The notes: a model not told the origin generated them from the sequence alone. A stretch of DNA of 64,000 bases from an uncultured Candidatus Rokubacteria bacterium (GCA_963805625.1 CAWDVE010000017.1:512001-576000), one strand, 5' to 3'; positions 1 through 12,168 are shown, numbered from the stretch's first letter. Translations and numbers: made by a program.

Positions 1-224
1 TACACCGTGACGACGATCGTGTGACCCTCCACAGGCTCATCGGCGACCACGAGATGAATCGGCCGATTGCTGACCCACCCAAGGATGAGCCGGCTCGGGT
101 AGGGCACGTCCTCGGGGTAGTCCTCCACCAGTACGGGTGCGCGCAGGGCCTCCCGAACCTCCCGAACCAAGATTCGGCGCAGGCGCATGCGCCTGAGGGC
201 ATGAGTCGTGAAGATCAGGGCCAT
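1..224 (-). CDS. DUF4258-family protein (putative toxin/nuclease of a TA pair), runs off window edge
   Basis: Not in ORF track; manual translation from ATG at 224: MALIFTTHALRRMRLRRILVREVREALRAPVLVEDYPEDVPYPSRLILGWVSNRPIHLVVADEPVEGHTIVVTV; HA..RM, EDYPED.PYPS.LILG, RPIH.V and IVVTVY-like motifs fit DUF4258. Confidence 0.8.
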   Translation of the reverse strand, partial: MALIFTTHALRRMRLRRILVREVREALRAPVLVEDYPEDVPYPSRLILGWVSNRPIHLVVADEPVEGHTIVVTV

Positions 225-451
225 GGCCTGAGCTGAGCCAGTGTACTACGTCATCGCCGGTCGGGACTCCGCCTTCGAGATGGCCCAGCGCCGACCGGGG
301 ATCGGTGAGGGGCCTGCGGTCGAAGCCGGTGAGCTGGCGCGCGGCGACGCAGCGTACTCCATCCACCGAAGAGCGGGCAGACATCCAGCAGGCCCTAAAG
401 TATGCGGCCTGGTTGACGCGCGCGGAAGTCCGCACGAGTTAGGCGAGACGC

Positions 452-829
452 GTGCGATTCCTCGCCGACATGGGCGTGGACGTGCGAGTCGTCGAGTGGC
501 TACGCCGCCTCGGGCACGAGGCGGTGCATCTTCGTGAGCAGGGACTGCACCGAGCTCCCAAGGAGTAGGTCTTCATGAAAGCCTTGGCCGAGGATCGGAT
601 CGTCCTCACGCTCGATCTCGACTTCGGCGACCTCGCGGTGCTCACGCGTGAACCCGCTGCCAGGGTGATCCTCTTCCGCCTTGAGAACACCCGGACGATA
701 CATGTGATCGAGCGGCTCGAGACCGTGCTGGCCGGATCCTCGGACGCACTGGCGCGCGGCGCGGTCGTGATCGTGGAGGAGGGGCGGCAGCGGATCCGTT
801 ATCTCCCCATCGGTGAGACCGGAACGTAG
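452..829 (+). pseudogene. DUF5615 PIN-like toxin with premature in-frame TAG (566-568)
   Basis: GTG at 452 gives VRFLADMGVDVRVVEWLRRLGHEAVHLREQGLHRAPKE*VFMKALAEDRIVLTLDLDFG; in frame with ORF 575..829. Confidence 0.8.
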
Positions 830-909
830 CGACAGGGGGAGGATGCACCGCGGGCGTCGCCGGTTCCGCACCCCCTTCGGGCGCTGGAGTCAGGGAATCT
901 TGCCTGAAT

Positions 910-1011
910 TGTCCGTGTTCTGTCCGTGAATGCCTGCCAACCAGCCCAACCCGGCCCAACCGGGCGCGCTACAATCTCCAATTTCCTTTGGGGCCAGTTG
1001 GGAGGGTTTGG
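910..1011 (+). repeat. Short direct and inverted repeats next to the tRNA fragment (candidate integrase arm-type sites)
   Basis: TGTCCGTG at 910-917 and 921-928; GCCCAAC at 944-950 and 954-960; inverse-like GTTGGG/GTTTGG at 997-1011. Confidence 0.45.
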
Positions 1012-1034
1012 TGCCCGTCGCACCCGCCGTTGCT

Positions 1035-1079
1035 CTCATAACCCAAAGGTCGCTGGTTCAAATCCAGCCCCCGTAACCA
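1035..1079 (+). tRNA. 3' half of initiator tRNA-Met (fragment, probable attachment-site duplication)
   Basis: CTCATAACCC anticodon loop plus 3' stem strand, GGTTCAAATCC T-arm, CCCCCGTAACCA end; no D-arm or 5' acceptor strand upstream. Confidence 0.85.
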
Positions 1080-1084
1080 GGAAG

Positions 1085-1125
1085 CTCAACGGGTTACGGC
1101 ACGCGCCGTAGCCCGTTGGGTTTTT
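1085..1125 (+). terminator. Rho-independent terminator after tRNA fragment
   Basis: CTCAACGGGTTACGGC-ACGC-GCCGTAGCCCGTTGGG followed by TTTTT. Confidence 0.75.
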
Positions 1126-1399
1126 CGAGCAACGGTCGCCTCGAAATCGCGGCAGAAAACCTGGTCGTCCGCAGACACGCCAGCCAGCCCTGCGCTGACA
1201 GTTCGCTTCGGGCATGGCCCGACGCGAGATGGCCCCGTGCTCCGTCCCCGACCTGCCACCGGGTGAGAGGGCCGGGCTAGCGTTCGGCCAGCAGCATCGG
1301 GGAGCCTGGGTGACGCCGTGCTGGCTCGATGGCGTCCACCATACCCGCGAAGCCAGGCGGCGTCCGGAGTCGCGCGCCTCGATCACGGCGCGGTGGCGG

Positions 1400-1560
1400 C
1401 TTGGGTGCAACCAGTCTCCGGTCGAGGCCTCACGGCCCGTACTGCTGCGATGGTCGCCAAGTCCAACCCCGTGTCCTCCCGGGTCTCCCGGAAGGCCGTC
1501 ACGTCTGATCGATCCCGTGTGTTCCGCCGCTCGCTCACCGAGACAGGCAGCGGCAGCGCC
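1400..1560 (-). pseudogene. Degraded Nudix hydrolase (CoA-pyrophosphatase-like) remnant
   Basis: TAFRETREDTGLDLA resembles the Nudix box; adjacent frame gives RAAEHTG; no intact ORF; boundaries approximate. Confidence 0.35.
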
Positions 1561-1651
1561 GGTGCGGCATTTCCACTTGGTCTGCGTGGCGCGATTTGTG
1601 CTTGCCGGCCGGGGCACCACGAAGTAGCGTCGAGGGCGGCACTGACACCCG

Positions 1652-2113
1652 ATGGCAGGCAAGCGAGGGAATGCCACGAAGGCCCCGGCCAAGCCCCGCC
1701 CGGGGCAGCTGCTCGGCCGACTACAGGCTGGGGAGGCGGCCCAAGTCCTGCGGGCCCTTCTCGCACGGCATCCCCGGATGGCGGCGGAGGCCGAGCGACT
1801 CGCGAAGTCGGTGGTAACGGACGTTGCCGCGTACGAGCATGTGGCCGTGGAGATCCCGCCGGGCAGACCTCAGATCAGATACTTCGAGCCGGGCGACCAG
1901 TGGACGCCGCGCGGCGATGTCCTCCGATGCGAGATCGACGACGGCGGTCCCGGTGGCGAGCCGATCATCCACGTTGACGACCGCGAGCTGTCCTGGCGCG
2001 AGTTCGGCCGCCTTTTGACGACGCATGCCGGCTGGGGTATGCGGATCGTGTTCGTTCCGGACGACGAACTGGATGAGGAGCCGCGCATCGAGATTCGCGA
2101 GGCAGAGGAGTAG
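1652..2113 (+). CDS. Hypothetical protein, possibly chimeric
   Basis: 153 aa ORF; C-terminal two-thirds looks like a conserved domain (QWTPRGDVLRC.IDD, VDDRELSW.EFGRLL..HAGWGMRIVFVP). Confidence 0.65.
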   Translation: MAGKRGNATKAPAKPRPGQLLGRLQAGEAAQVLRALLARHPRMAAEAERLAKSVVTDVAAYEHVAVEIPPGRPQIRYFEPGDQWTPRGDVLRCEIDDGGPGGEPIIHVDDRELSWREFGRLLTTHAGWGMRIVFVPDDELDEEPRIEIREAEE

Positions 2114-2149
2114 ACTCCCTGATGGCCAGCGACGAAGCACGGAGGCATC

Positions 2150-4663
<2,514 letters not shown>

Positions 4664-4808
4664 TAGACAACCTGGCCGAGGGTGTCAGCGCGCAGGAGCT
4701 CCTCGACGCGTACCCGCAGCTGACGGCGGACGACATCCGGGCCGCCATCGCGTATGGTGCCGAGATGGCCCGCGAGCGCTTCGTCGACATTCCCACAGAA
4801 CGGCCGGC

Positions 4809-5180
4809 ATGAGGCTGAAGCTGGACGAGAACCTCGGCTGGAGGATCGCTGAGGGCCTTCGCGACGCGGGGCACGACGTAGCCACGGTCCGGGATGAGGA
4901 ACTCGGCGGGGCGGACGACGACGCTCTCTTCGCCCGCTGCCGGCAGGAAGGCCCCTGCCTCGTGACGCTGGATCTCGATTTCAGCAACGTCCTGCGGTTT
5001 CCGCCCGAGCAGACCGAGGGCCTGGCCGTCCTGCGTCCCGCCAGAAGGCCCACGCTGGCCGCGCTCGGGCGCCTGGCCGGACAGCTGGTCGAGGCGCTCT
5101 CCCGCGAGTCCGTCGCGGGCCGCCTGTGGATCATCGAGCCCGGGCGAATCCGGATCCACGAGTCACCGGAGAGGGAGTGA
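4809..5180 (+). CDS. DUF5615 PIN-like toxin (intact)
   Basis: MRLKLDENL..GHDVATV..LVTLDLDF; ATGA overlap with the DUF433 stop. Confidence 0.88.
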   Translation: MRLKLDENLGWRIAEGLRDAGHDVATVRDEELGGADDDALFARCRQEGPCLVTLDLDFSNVLRFPPEQTEGLAVLRPARRPTLAALGRLAGQLVEALSRESVAGRLWIIEPGRIRIHESPERE

Positions 5181-5265
5181 GGATGCGGACGTCCCCTCGG
5201 GGACGAGTTCGGCCTCGGGACAGTGCAGGCATCATCCTCGTCGTGCGGAGGGCCCTTCGCTGACG

Positions 5266-5760
5266 ATGGAGCCGTGCGGAGTGCCGCTGGACTGGGACGA
5301 GCTGGAGCTGGGGCTCGAGATGCGCTCGGATGAGTGGGCTTCCTACCTCGACGTGCGGACGGGCGAGATCTGCGTCTCTCGCATCGATCCATTCGGCGGT
5401 GAGCGCGAGGACCACGAGCTGACGGACGAGGAGGTCGAGGCCGGCCTCGCCAACGGCACCCTCATCGCCGTCGAGCCGCTCGAGTCCTCGGTCGAGTACG
5501 CCTGGATGGCCGCCTTCGCCGACGCCGTGCCCGACGCCCGCGTGCGGCGGGCCCTCCAGCAGGTGCTCGGCGGCGGCCGGCCCTTCCGACGCTTCAAGGA
5601 CGCGCTGGCCGCCCATCCCCGCGAGCGCGAGGAGTGGTTCGCCTTCCGCGGGGAGCGCCTGTGGGACACCGTCCGGAAGTGGCTCGCCGACCACAACATC
5701 GAGCCGACGACCAAGCCGCCGGCGCGGTCCGGCCAAGCCGCCCCGAGGGGCACGCCATGA
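5266..5760 (+). CDS. UPF0158-family protein
   Basis: YLDVRTGEI, GRPFRRFKDAL and EREEWFAFR motifs. Confidence 0.8.
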   Translation: MEPCGVPLDWDELELGLEMRSDEWASYLDVRTGEICVSRIDPFGGEREDHELTDEEVEAGLANGTLIAVEPLESSVEYAWMAAFADAVPDARVRRALQQVLGGGRPFRRFKDALAAHPREREEWFAFRGERLWDTVRKWLADHNIEPTTKPPARSGQAAPRGTP

Positions 5761-6425
5761 GCACGGTCGCGACCATCCGGTCCTATCAGGAGCTCCGAAA
5801 GGCTGGCCGGGTGTCTCACGGGAAGGTCCTCAAGGTGATTCCGAGGCCCATCATCGTGTCGACCGCCACGGAGCTGGGCCTGTGGAGGAAGGGGATTCTG
5901 CTCGCCGGCGAGGACGGCGCGGACGTGCTGGCGGATCGCATGATCTACGACAAGCGATGGGTGGGGAAGAGTGCCCTCGAGCACTTCGAGAAAGAGGTGG
6001 CGGAGTCGGCCTGGACCGAGAACGAGCGCCGGTTCGCCCGCGCGATGAGGACAGCCTACATGTCGCTGTTTGAGATTGTCGATACCTGCCCCGGAAGCCA
6101 TGTTGTACTCGTCGAGTGTCTCGCCGGACCGCGCTCGGGCGACTTGGGTCCCAGGATCGAGCTGGTCGACCTCGGTCTCTCCGAGACGGCACTTCCGGGC
6201 GCGCTCCTCGCCGTTCGCCTACTGGACGCTGGGGGGTTCTTCATGAGCACCGGCGTCGGCTTCCCGTTCCCGGCGGACAGGGAGGCGGCGATTCTGAAGT
6301 ATCTGGGCGATAGAGAACCCGGCTTCCGCAAGAGGCGCCTCGACATGCCGGAGGACTATAGCCTCTTCTTCCACCGCCTGCACCGCCGGTTCGGCATCGG
6401 CGTGACGTACGGCCCCGAGGCGTGA
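5757..6425 (+). CDS. Hypothetical protein
   Basis: ATG at 5757 overlaps the upstream stop (ATGA); MSTVATIRSYQELRK..SLFEIVD..LVDLGLSET. Confidence 0.7.
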   Translation: MSTVATIRSYQELRKAGRVSHGKVLKVIPRPIIVSTATELGLWRKGILLAGEDGADVLADRMIYDKRWVGKSALEHFEKEVAESAWTENERRFARAMRTAYMSLFEIVDTCPGSHVVLVECLAGPRSGDLGPRIELVDLGLSETALPGALLAVRLLDAGGFFMSTGVGFPFPADREAAILKYLGDREPGFRKRRLDMPEDYSLFFHRLHRRFGIGVTYGPEA

Positions 6426-6504
6426 CCGCCGAGTCGGCCGCAGCCGCCGCGAGAGGAGCCCTGTGTGTGGCACGGCTCGTAGGTGTCCAGCAGCCCGGCC
6501 CTCC

Positions 6505-6799
6505 TCAGAGGCGCGACCGCTAGTAGCCTGGCCGCCGATGCAGATGGGCGACCGCGACGACGAGAATGCGTGACGGCTCGATGCGGTAGAGCAGACTGTA
6601 GGGGAAGCCTCGGACGAGGATTCGCCTGAGTCGATGGCCGAACGGGCGACCGCTGTCCGGGAACTCGAGGATCCGTTGGTAGGCTCGCCGGACCGCGAGG
6701 ATGAAGTCCAGGCCCAGATTCGCGATGTGGCTCTCGCAGTGCTGCGAGGTCCGAAATGAGCTCGACTTCCGCTTCGGGATGGAACTCGACGCTTCTCAC
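6505..6799 (-). pseudogene. RelE/ParE-family toxin, frameshifted near 6750 with premature TAG (6520-6522)
   Basis: VRSVEFHPEAEVELIS / ..HCESHIANLGLDFILAVRRAYQRILEFPDSGRPFGHRLRRILVRGFPYSLLYRIEPSRILVVAVAHLHRRPGY*RSRL. Confidence 0.85.
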
Positions 6800-6866
6800 C
6801 GAAGCGTCGAACGGGCCTTCTCGAGCACCTGCTTCGCGGGGATGCCGGCGACCTTGCCGGACTCGG
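6796..6866 (-). pseudogene. C-terminal remnant of an addiction-module antitoxin
   Basis: AESGKVAGIPAKQVLEKARSTLR* with GTGA overlap onto the toxin start. Confidence 0.6.
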
Positions 6867-6983
6867 CACCCTGCCGAACGCCTCGCTCCATTCCACGCAC
6901 GTGGCGTAAAAGTGCGGATGCGAGATCGCGATGGTCCGAAGCCCGCCACGCTCGCGGACGGCCGCGACGGTGGCTGCGTCGCG
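6867..6983 (-). pseudogene. Internal fragment of a metallo-beta-lactamase-fold hydrolase
   Basis: DAATVAAVRERGGLRTIAISHPHFYATCVEWSEAFGRVP (SHxH motif). Confidence 0.65.
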
Positions 6984-7545
6984 AAGAGCCGGATCGTGGA
7001 CCTGACGCAGGGGGAGGCGTTCGGATTCTTGGGCTTTCTCTTTCGCCGGCTCCGCTCGCCGCGGGGTCGGTGGTGGGTACAGAAGACGCCGGCCATCAAG
7101 CAGCGGACGGCGTTGCTGCGCAAGCTCAAGGACGTGTTCCGGCGCTGGCGCTCTCAGCCGGTCGGGCAGGTGATCGCGGTGATCAACCCGATCCTGCGGG
7201 ACTGGGTGAACTACTTCCGGGTTGGGAACGCGGCACGGTGTTTTGGGTTCGTGAAGGAGTGGGTCGAGAAGAAGGTGCGGCGCCATTTGATGCGGGCGAG
7301 GGGCCGTCGGGGCTTCGGCTGGAAGCGGTGGAGTACGGCGAGGATCTATACGGGGCTCGGGGTCTTCCACGACTACCGGGTGCGGTATCAAGTCCGGGCC
7401 TGAAAGCGCGCCCAGCGTGATAGGTCGCATAACCCTTGGCATGAAGCCGGCGGGAGAGCGGCGTACGGGAAACCCGTGCGCGCCGTTCGATCGGGCGGGG
7501 GCTGGAGACGGGCGCATCGCGTACCGCGCCAGCCCTCGACCCTAC
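6981..7545 (+). mobile_element. 5'-truncated group II intron: maturase C-terminus (6981-7403) plus domains V and VI
   Basis: FGFLGF, INPILRDWVNYF and GFGWKRWS maturase motifs; DV GAGCGGCGTACGGGAAACCCGTGCGCGCCGTTC (7456-7488) with AGC triad and GAAA loop; 3' end GACCCTAC at 7545. Confidence 0.9.
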
Positions 7546-7635
7546 AACTAGCATGGAGAAGCCGGTGTCGCCCGGCACGCCCCCGGCGCTCCGCGCGCCG
7601 CAGGGCAGCGAGGCCGTGGTGGACCTGCCCCCCTC

Positions 7636-8004
7636 TTGAGGGCACGGTTCGGCGAGGTCTCTCCCGCACTGTCCGTCCCACGCTCCGCGCGCTACACCCT
7701 CACCTGTCGCGTCGAGAACACCGGCCACGCGCGGTGGCCGAGATCCTCGCCGGACGGATTCGGGCTGGTTCGCCTCGGCGCGCACCTCCACGCCGGTGAC
7801 GGCGCCCCGGACATCCTCGACTACGGCCGGGCGGATCTCCCTCGGGATGTGGAGCCCGGCGCCGCCGAGGTCTTGAGTATCGAGCTCGAGGCCCCCGGCA
7901 GGCCGGGCCGCTATCGCGTGACGCTCGACATGGTCCGCGAGGGGGTGACCTGGTTCTCGAGGCGTGTGCCGTGCAGCGTCGAGGTCGGGCTGACGGTCAT
8001 CTGA
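7636..8004 (+). pseudogene. Ig-like beta-sandwich C-terminal domain fragment (likely 3' part of a disrupted gene)
   Basis: CRVENTG..W, VRLGAH, LPRDVEPG, APGRPGRYRVTLDMVREGVTWF; no good start, lies just after the intron 3' end. Confidence 0.5.
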
Positions 8005-8200
8005 CGGCGCGCGGGAGCCGACCCGGGCCGCTTCGATCCCGGGTACTATGGGGTGATCTCGGCGCGGGCGGAACGGGCTCCGGGCGCGGCGGAGCGTGCG
8101 CCACGGTCGGAATCGACCCCCAGCGGCCGAGATGGGGCATCGGGGAAGGGAGACGGGGATGGATGACGGCACGCCGGAGTCGAGGGAGGCACGCAGATCG

Positions 8201-10603
8201 ATGACGCGTCCCGGGTCAGGCGCGCGAGGAGCCATCAGCCGGCGGGCCGCGCTCGGCGCCCTGGCCGCCCTGGCCTGGCAGACGCGCGCGCTCGCCCAGA
8301 CTCCGCCCGGGGGCTCCGGCCCGACACTCTCGGCCGCGGACGCGCTGGCGGCGAAGGCTCCGCCGACCGCGCCGGACTGGCCTCGAGTGGCCAAGGCGGG
8401 CGAGACGACGCTGAGCATCTACTTGCCGCAGCTCGACTCCTGGGACGGCAATCGCCTGGACGCGCACGCCGCGGTCAGCGTCCAGACCGCGGGCGCGAAG
8501 GAGCCGGTCTTCGGCGTGGCCTTCGTGGCCGCGGACACGCAGGTGGACAAGGGCGCGCGCCGGGTGACGCTCGAGAACCTCCGGATCGAGAAGGTCCGCT
8601 TTCCCTCGGCGACCAGCCAGGAGGTGGCGTACAAGAAGCTCCTCGAGCAGAACATCCCGGCCAAGGTGCGCACGATCGAGCTGGACCGGCTCGAGACCGC
8701 GCTGGCCATGCGGGAAGAGCAGACCAAGGGGGCGTCGAAGCCCCTCAAGAACGACCCGCCCAAGATCGTGTTCTCGACGACCCCGGCCATCCTGGTGCTG
8801 ATCGATGGCGCGCCGATCTATCGAGGGGTCTCCGGAGCCTCCTACGAGCGGGTGGTCAACACGCGTCCCCTGCTCCTGAAGGATGCGACCGGCCACTACC
8901 TCCGGCTCTTCGACGGCTGGATGACCGCGAAGGCCGTCACGGGACCCTGGAGCGTCGCCCCGACGACGCCCGGCGGGACGCTCGACAAGGTCATGGCGGC
9001 GGTGTCGAAGTCGGGCACTGTCGATCTCCTGGCCTTCGTCGACCCGAAGGACACGAAGAGCCGGCCGACCCTGGCCAAGGGCCCCGTCCCCACCATCCTG
9101 GCGGTGACGGAGCCCACCGAGCTGATCGTGACCCAGGGGGAGCCGACCTACGTCCCCATCGACGGCACCCAGCTCCTCTACGCGTCGAACACGACCGGCC
9201 ACGTCTTCAAGCACCTCGGCGATCAGAACACGTACGTGCTGCTCACCGGGCGCTGGTTCCGCGCCGCGGACCCGACGGGCCCGTGGACCTTCGTGCCCGG
9301 CAAGGACCTGCCACCGGACTTCGCGAAGATCCCCGACGACAACCCGAAGGAGAATGTGAAGGCGTCGGTGCCGGGCACCCCCCAGGCCCAGGAGGCCGTG
9401 ATCGCGAACAGCCTCCCCGAGACGGCGGCCATCAAGCGGAGTGACGCGAAGCTCCCGGCGCTTCAGTACGACGGGCCACCCCAGCTCAAGCCGATCGAGG
9501 GGACCCCGCTCGCCTACGTGGTGAACAGCCCCTTGCCGGTCATCCAGGTGAGCCCGACCAGCTACTACGCGCTCCAGAACGGAGTCTGGTTCGTCGGGCC
9601 GTCCCTCCAGGGGCCCTGGCAAGTGGCGACCACCGTGCCCGCCGTCATCTACTCGATCCCGCAGAGCTCACCGCTCCACTATGTGACCTACGTCTACGTC
9701 TACCGCGCCACGCCCCAGGCGGTGTACGTCGGGTACACGCCGGGCTACTACAGCGTCTACGTGTCCGAAGACGTCGTCGTCTACGGCACCGGCTACGACT
9801 ACGTGTCGTGGGACGGCACGGTCTGGTACGGCACGCCGGTCACGTACGGCTTCGCGACCGCCCCGACCTACACGCCGTGGACGGGCTGGGTGATGGGCTT
9901 CGGCTTCGGGCTCGCGTTCGGCGCGGCGACCGCCGGCTGGGCTTGGGGCTCCTATCCCTGGTGGGGCCCGTACCGCTACGGGTACGGAGCGGCTGTGGGG
10001 CCGTACGGGGCCGCGGCGTGGGGCCCCGGCGGCTGGGCGGCGACCACCGGCAACGTCTATCACCGATGGGGCGACACGGCCGCCGTCACGCGCCACTCGG
10101 CCGGCTACAACGCCTGGACGGGGAACGCGTGGGCCGGCGGCGCAGGGATGTCGTACAACTCCCGGACCGGGACGGTGGCGGCGGGCCAGCGTGGCGTGGT
10201 CAGCAACGCCTACACGGGGAACTACGCCTACGGCGCTCGCGGCGCCGCGGTGAACCCGCAGACGGGCCAGGCCGTCTCCGCGGGACGGGTGACGACAGGC
10301 AACGTCTACTCGGGGCAGTCGGGCTCGGCGGGCTACGTCCGCGGTCAGTCGGGCGGCGCCGTCCGGACCGGCAGCGGTGATGTGTACGCCACCCGCGACG
10401 GCACCGTCTACCGGAACACCGGGAGCAGCTGGCAGCAGAACAGCGGCGGCGGCTGGTCGGGGGTGAGCGACCCGGGCCGGTCGGTGAGCAGCGAGGCGCA
10501 GATCCGCTCCACCGGCCAGACGCGCGTCAACAACTACAACGCCTCGGGTGGCGCGCGCATGGGTGGCGGGGGCTCCCGCGGCGGCGGCGGGCGCCGGCGG
10601 TGA
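8201..10603 (+). CDS. Large Tat-exported protein with Tyr/Trp/Gly-rich C-terminal region (function unknown)
   Basis: SRRAALG twin-arginine signal; repeated W..A....GPW motifs; G/Y/W/S/N-rich tail ending GGGRRR; start uncertain (8096-8201). Confidence 0.8.
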   Translation: MTRPGSGARGAISRRAALGALAALAWQTRALAQTPPGGSGPTLSAADALAAKAPPTAPDWPRVAKAGETTLSIYLPQLDSWDGNRLDAHAAVSVQTAGAKEPVFGVAFVAADTQVDKGARRVTLENLRIEKVRFPSATSQEVAYKKLLEQNIPAKVRTIELDRLETALAMREEQTKGASKPLKNDPPKIVFSTTPAILVLIDGAPIYRGVSGASYERVVNTRPLLLKDATGHYLRLFDGWMTAKAVTGPWSVAPTTPGGTLDKVMAAVSKSGTVDLLAFVDPKDTKSRPTLAKGPVPTILAVTEPTELIVTQGEPTYVPIDGTQLLYASNTTGHVFKHLGDQNTYVLLTGRWFRAADPTGPWTFVPGKDLPPDFAKIPDDNPKENVKASVPGTPQAQEAVIANSLPETAAIKRSDAKLPALQYDGPPQLKPIEGTPLAYVVNSPLPVIQVSPTSYYALQNGVWFVGPSLQGPWQVATTVPAVIYSIPQSSPLHYVTYVYVYRATPQAVYVGYTPGYYSVYVSEDVVVYGTGYDYVSWDGTVWYGTPVTYGFATAPTYTPWTGWVMGFGFGLAFGAATAGWAWGSYPWWGPYRYGYGAAVGPYGAAAWGPGGWAATTGNVYHRWGDTAAVTRHSAGYNAWTGNAWAGGAGMSYNSRTGTVAAGQRGVVSNAYTGNYAYGARGAAVNPQTGQAVSAGRVTTGNVYSGQSGSAGYVRGQSGGAVRTGSGDVYATRDGTVYRNTGSSWQQNSGGGWSGVSDPGRSVSSEAQIRSTGQTRVNNYNASGGARMGGGGSRGGGGRRR

Positions 10604-10616
10604 GCGAGACGTACTG

Positions 10617-11114
10617 ATCACCTGGCGTCCGCCTCACGTGGCGGCGCGGCGGGGTCTCGGGCGCACGTTTCAGGCCGCGCGGGTGTTCCCGCGCCTCACC
10701 GCCCGCGAGCATCTCCTGGCGGCCCTCCAGGAGTTCCAGCCCGATGGCTTCGCAGCCCGTCTCTTGCGGCTCCCGTCGGCCGCCCGTGCCGAGGCCGACG
10801 CCGACCGCCGGGCGCGCGCGCTGCTGCAGTGGGTAGGCCTCGCCGAGGCGACGGACTGTCCGGCCACGTCTCTGTCCTACGGGCAGCGCAAGCTGCTCGC
10901 CTTCGCCATGGCGCTGGCGCCGGCGCCGAGGCTCCTGATGCTCGACGAGCCGATGGCGGGCGTGAGCCCCATCCTCATCGAGCACAACCTGACCGTGGTC
11001 ATGACGCTCTGCCAGCGGCTGGTCGTGCTGGACCACGGCCAGAAGATCGCCGAGGGGCCGCCGCAGGTCGTGCGTGAGACGCCGGCCGTCATCGAGGCGT
11101 ACTTCGGGGCGTGA
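10617..11114 (+). pseudogene. LivG-like ABC ATPase, lacking N-terminus and with an internal deletion
   Basis: GLGRTFQ, LSYGQRK and LMLDEP present; no Walker A; GVSPIL joins IEHNL directly. Confidence 0.8.
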
Positions 11115-11121
11115 GGACGGC

Positions 11122-11862
11122 GTGAGCCCAAGCGGACCGCAAGCCCGGCCGGACGCTCCCGTCCTCGAGGTCGAGGGGTTGTGCGGGGGCTACGACGGCG
11201 TCGACATCCTGCGGGGCGTGACGTTCGCCCTCATGCCGCACACCGTCACCGCGGTGATCGGGCCCAACGGCGCCGGCAAGAGCACGCTGCTCCGTGCGAT
11301 CTACGGCCGGCTCCGCCTTTCGGCGGGTGCGGTCCGGCTCCGCGGCGACGCCATCACCGGTCTCCCGCCTGGGGAGCTCCGCTGCCGGGGCCTCGCTTAC
11401 GTGGCCCAGGGCCGCTGCAGCTTCCCCCTGATGACCGTTCGTGAGAACCTCGAGATGGGCGCGTTCGCCCGGCGGGACGCGCGCGTCCCGGCCGACGTGG
11501 AGGCCTGCCTCGCGCGGTTCCCTCTCCTTCGTGAGCACGCGCGCCGCCGGGCCGGCGACCTCTCCGGCGGGCAGCAGCAGCTCCTCGAGCTGACGATGGG
11601 GCTCCTCGGCGAGCCGGTGGTGCTGTTGGTCGACGAGCCGTCGATGGGCCTCGCGCCAGTGGCGATCGCCGAAGTGGGGACTACCCTCACCGAGATCCGC
11701 TGGGCTGGCACGACCATCCTGCTGGTCGAGCAGAACGCCAGGAAGGCGCTGGAGTTGGCCGACCGTGGCCTGGTGCTCGACCTGGCTGAGGTCCGCCGCG
11801 ACGCGCCTGCAACGGCGCTCCTCGTGGACCCGGAGGTCCGACGCATGTACCTCGGCGGCTGA
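11122..11862 (+). CDS. LivF-like branched-chain amino acid ABC ATPase
   Basis: GPNGAGKST, LSGGQQQ, LLVDEPS, LVEQN. Confidence 0.85.
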   Translation: MSPSGPQARPDAPVLEVEGLCGGYDGVDILRGVTFALMPHTVTAVIGPNGAGKSTLLRAIYGRLRLSAGAVRLRGDAITGLPPGELRCRGLAYVAQGRCSFPLMTVRENLEMGAFARRDARVPADVEACLARFPLLREHARRRAGDLSGGQQQLLELTMGLLGEPVVLLVDEPSMGLAPVAIAEVGTTLTEIRWAGTTILLVEQNARKALELADRGLVLDLAEVRRDAPATALLVDPEVRRMYLGG

Positions 11863-11963
11863 CGCGGTCGTCTCGATGGAGTCCGTTTAGGCGGGGGACC
11901 GCGTGCGCACGGTGCCGGCAGGAGCGGACGATCAGAACCGCTCCGGTCACCCAGGACCGACCG

Positions 11964-12105
11964 ATGAGCTGCGGCCCAGGGGACCGCTTCGTCACCCTTC
12001 AGGAGATCGTGCGCGCGGCGCGCTCGTGTCAGGCTCGCGGAACTACCTCGTGGGCGGTGCGGAGACCGAGACGACCTTTCGGCACTGGCCAGCTCGCCCT
12101 CGCCG
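11964..12105 (+). pseudogene. N-terminal remnant of an FMN-dependent alpha-hydroxy-acid oxidase
   Basis: FVTLQEIVRAAR, then after a frameshift NYLVGGAETETT. Confidence 0.6.
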
Positions 12106-12168
12106 CCCCGGAGACTCGGGAGGGCGACAGCGCCAGGGTTGAGGGTCGCCCGCGCTGCGTTCTAGCGC

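Noticed and set aside
566-568. In-frame TAG in the PIN gene as pyrrolysine or readthrough
   Set aside because: No Pyl context is visible; a single GAG>TAG change in a decaying TA region is simpler.
1035-1079. Functional tRNA gene
   Set aside because: The 5' half (acceptor strand and D-arm) is absent.
6981-7545. Retron or diversity-generating retroelement
   Set aside because: The protein remnant has a maturase X domain followed by DV/DVI. The 20.3/25.4 kb repeat differences are not adenine-specific.
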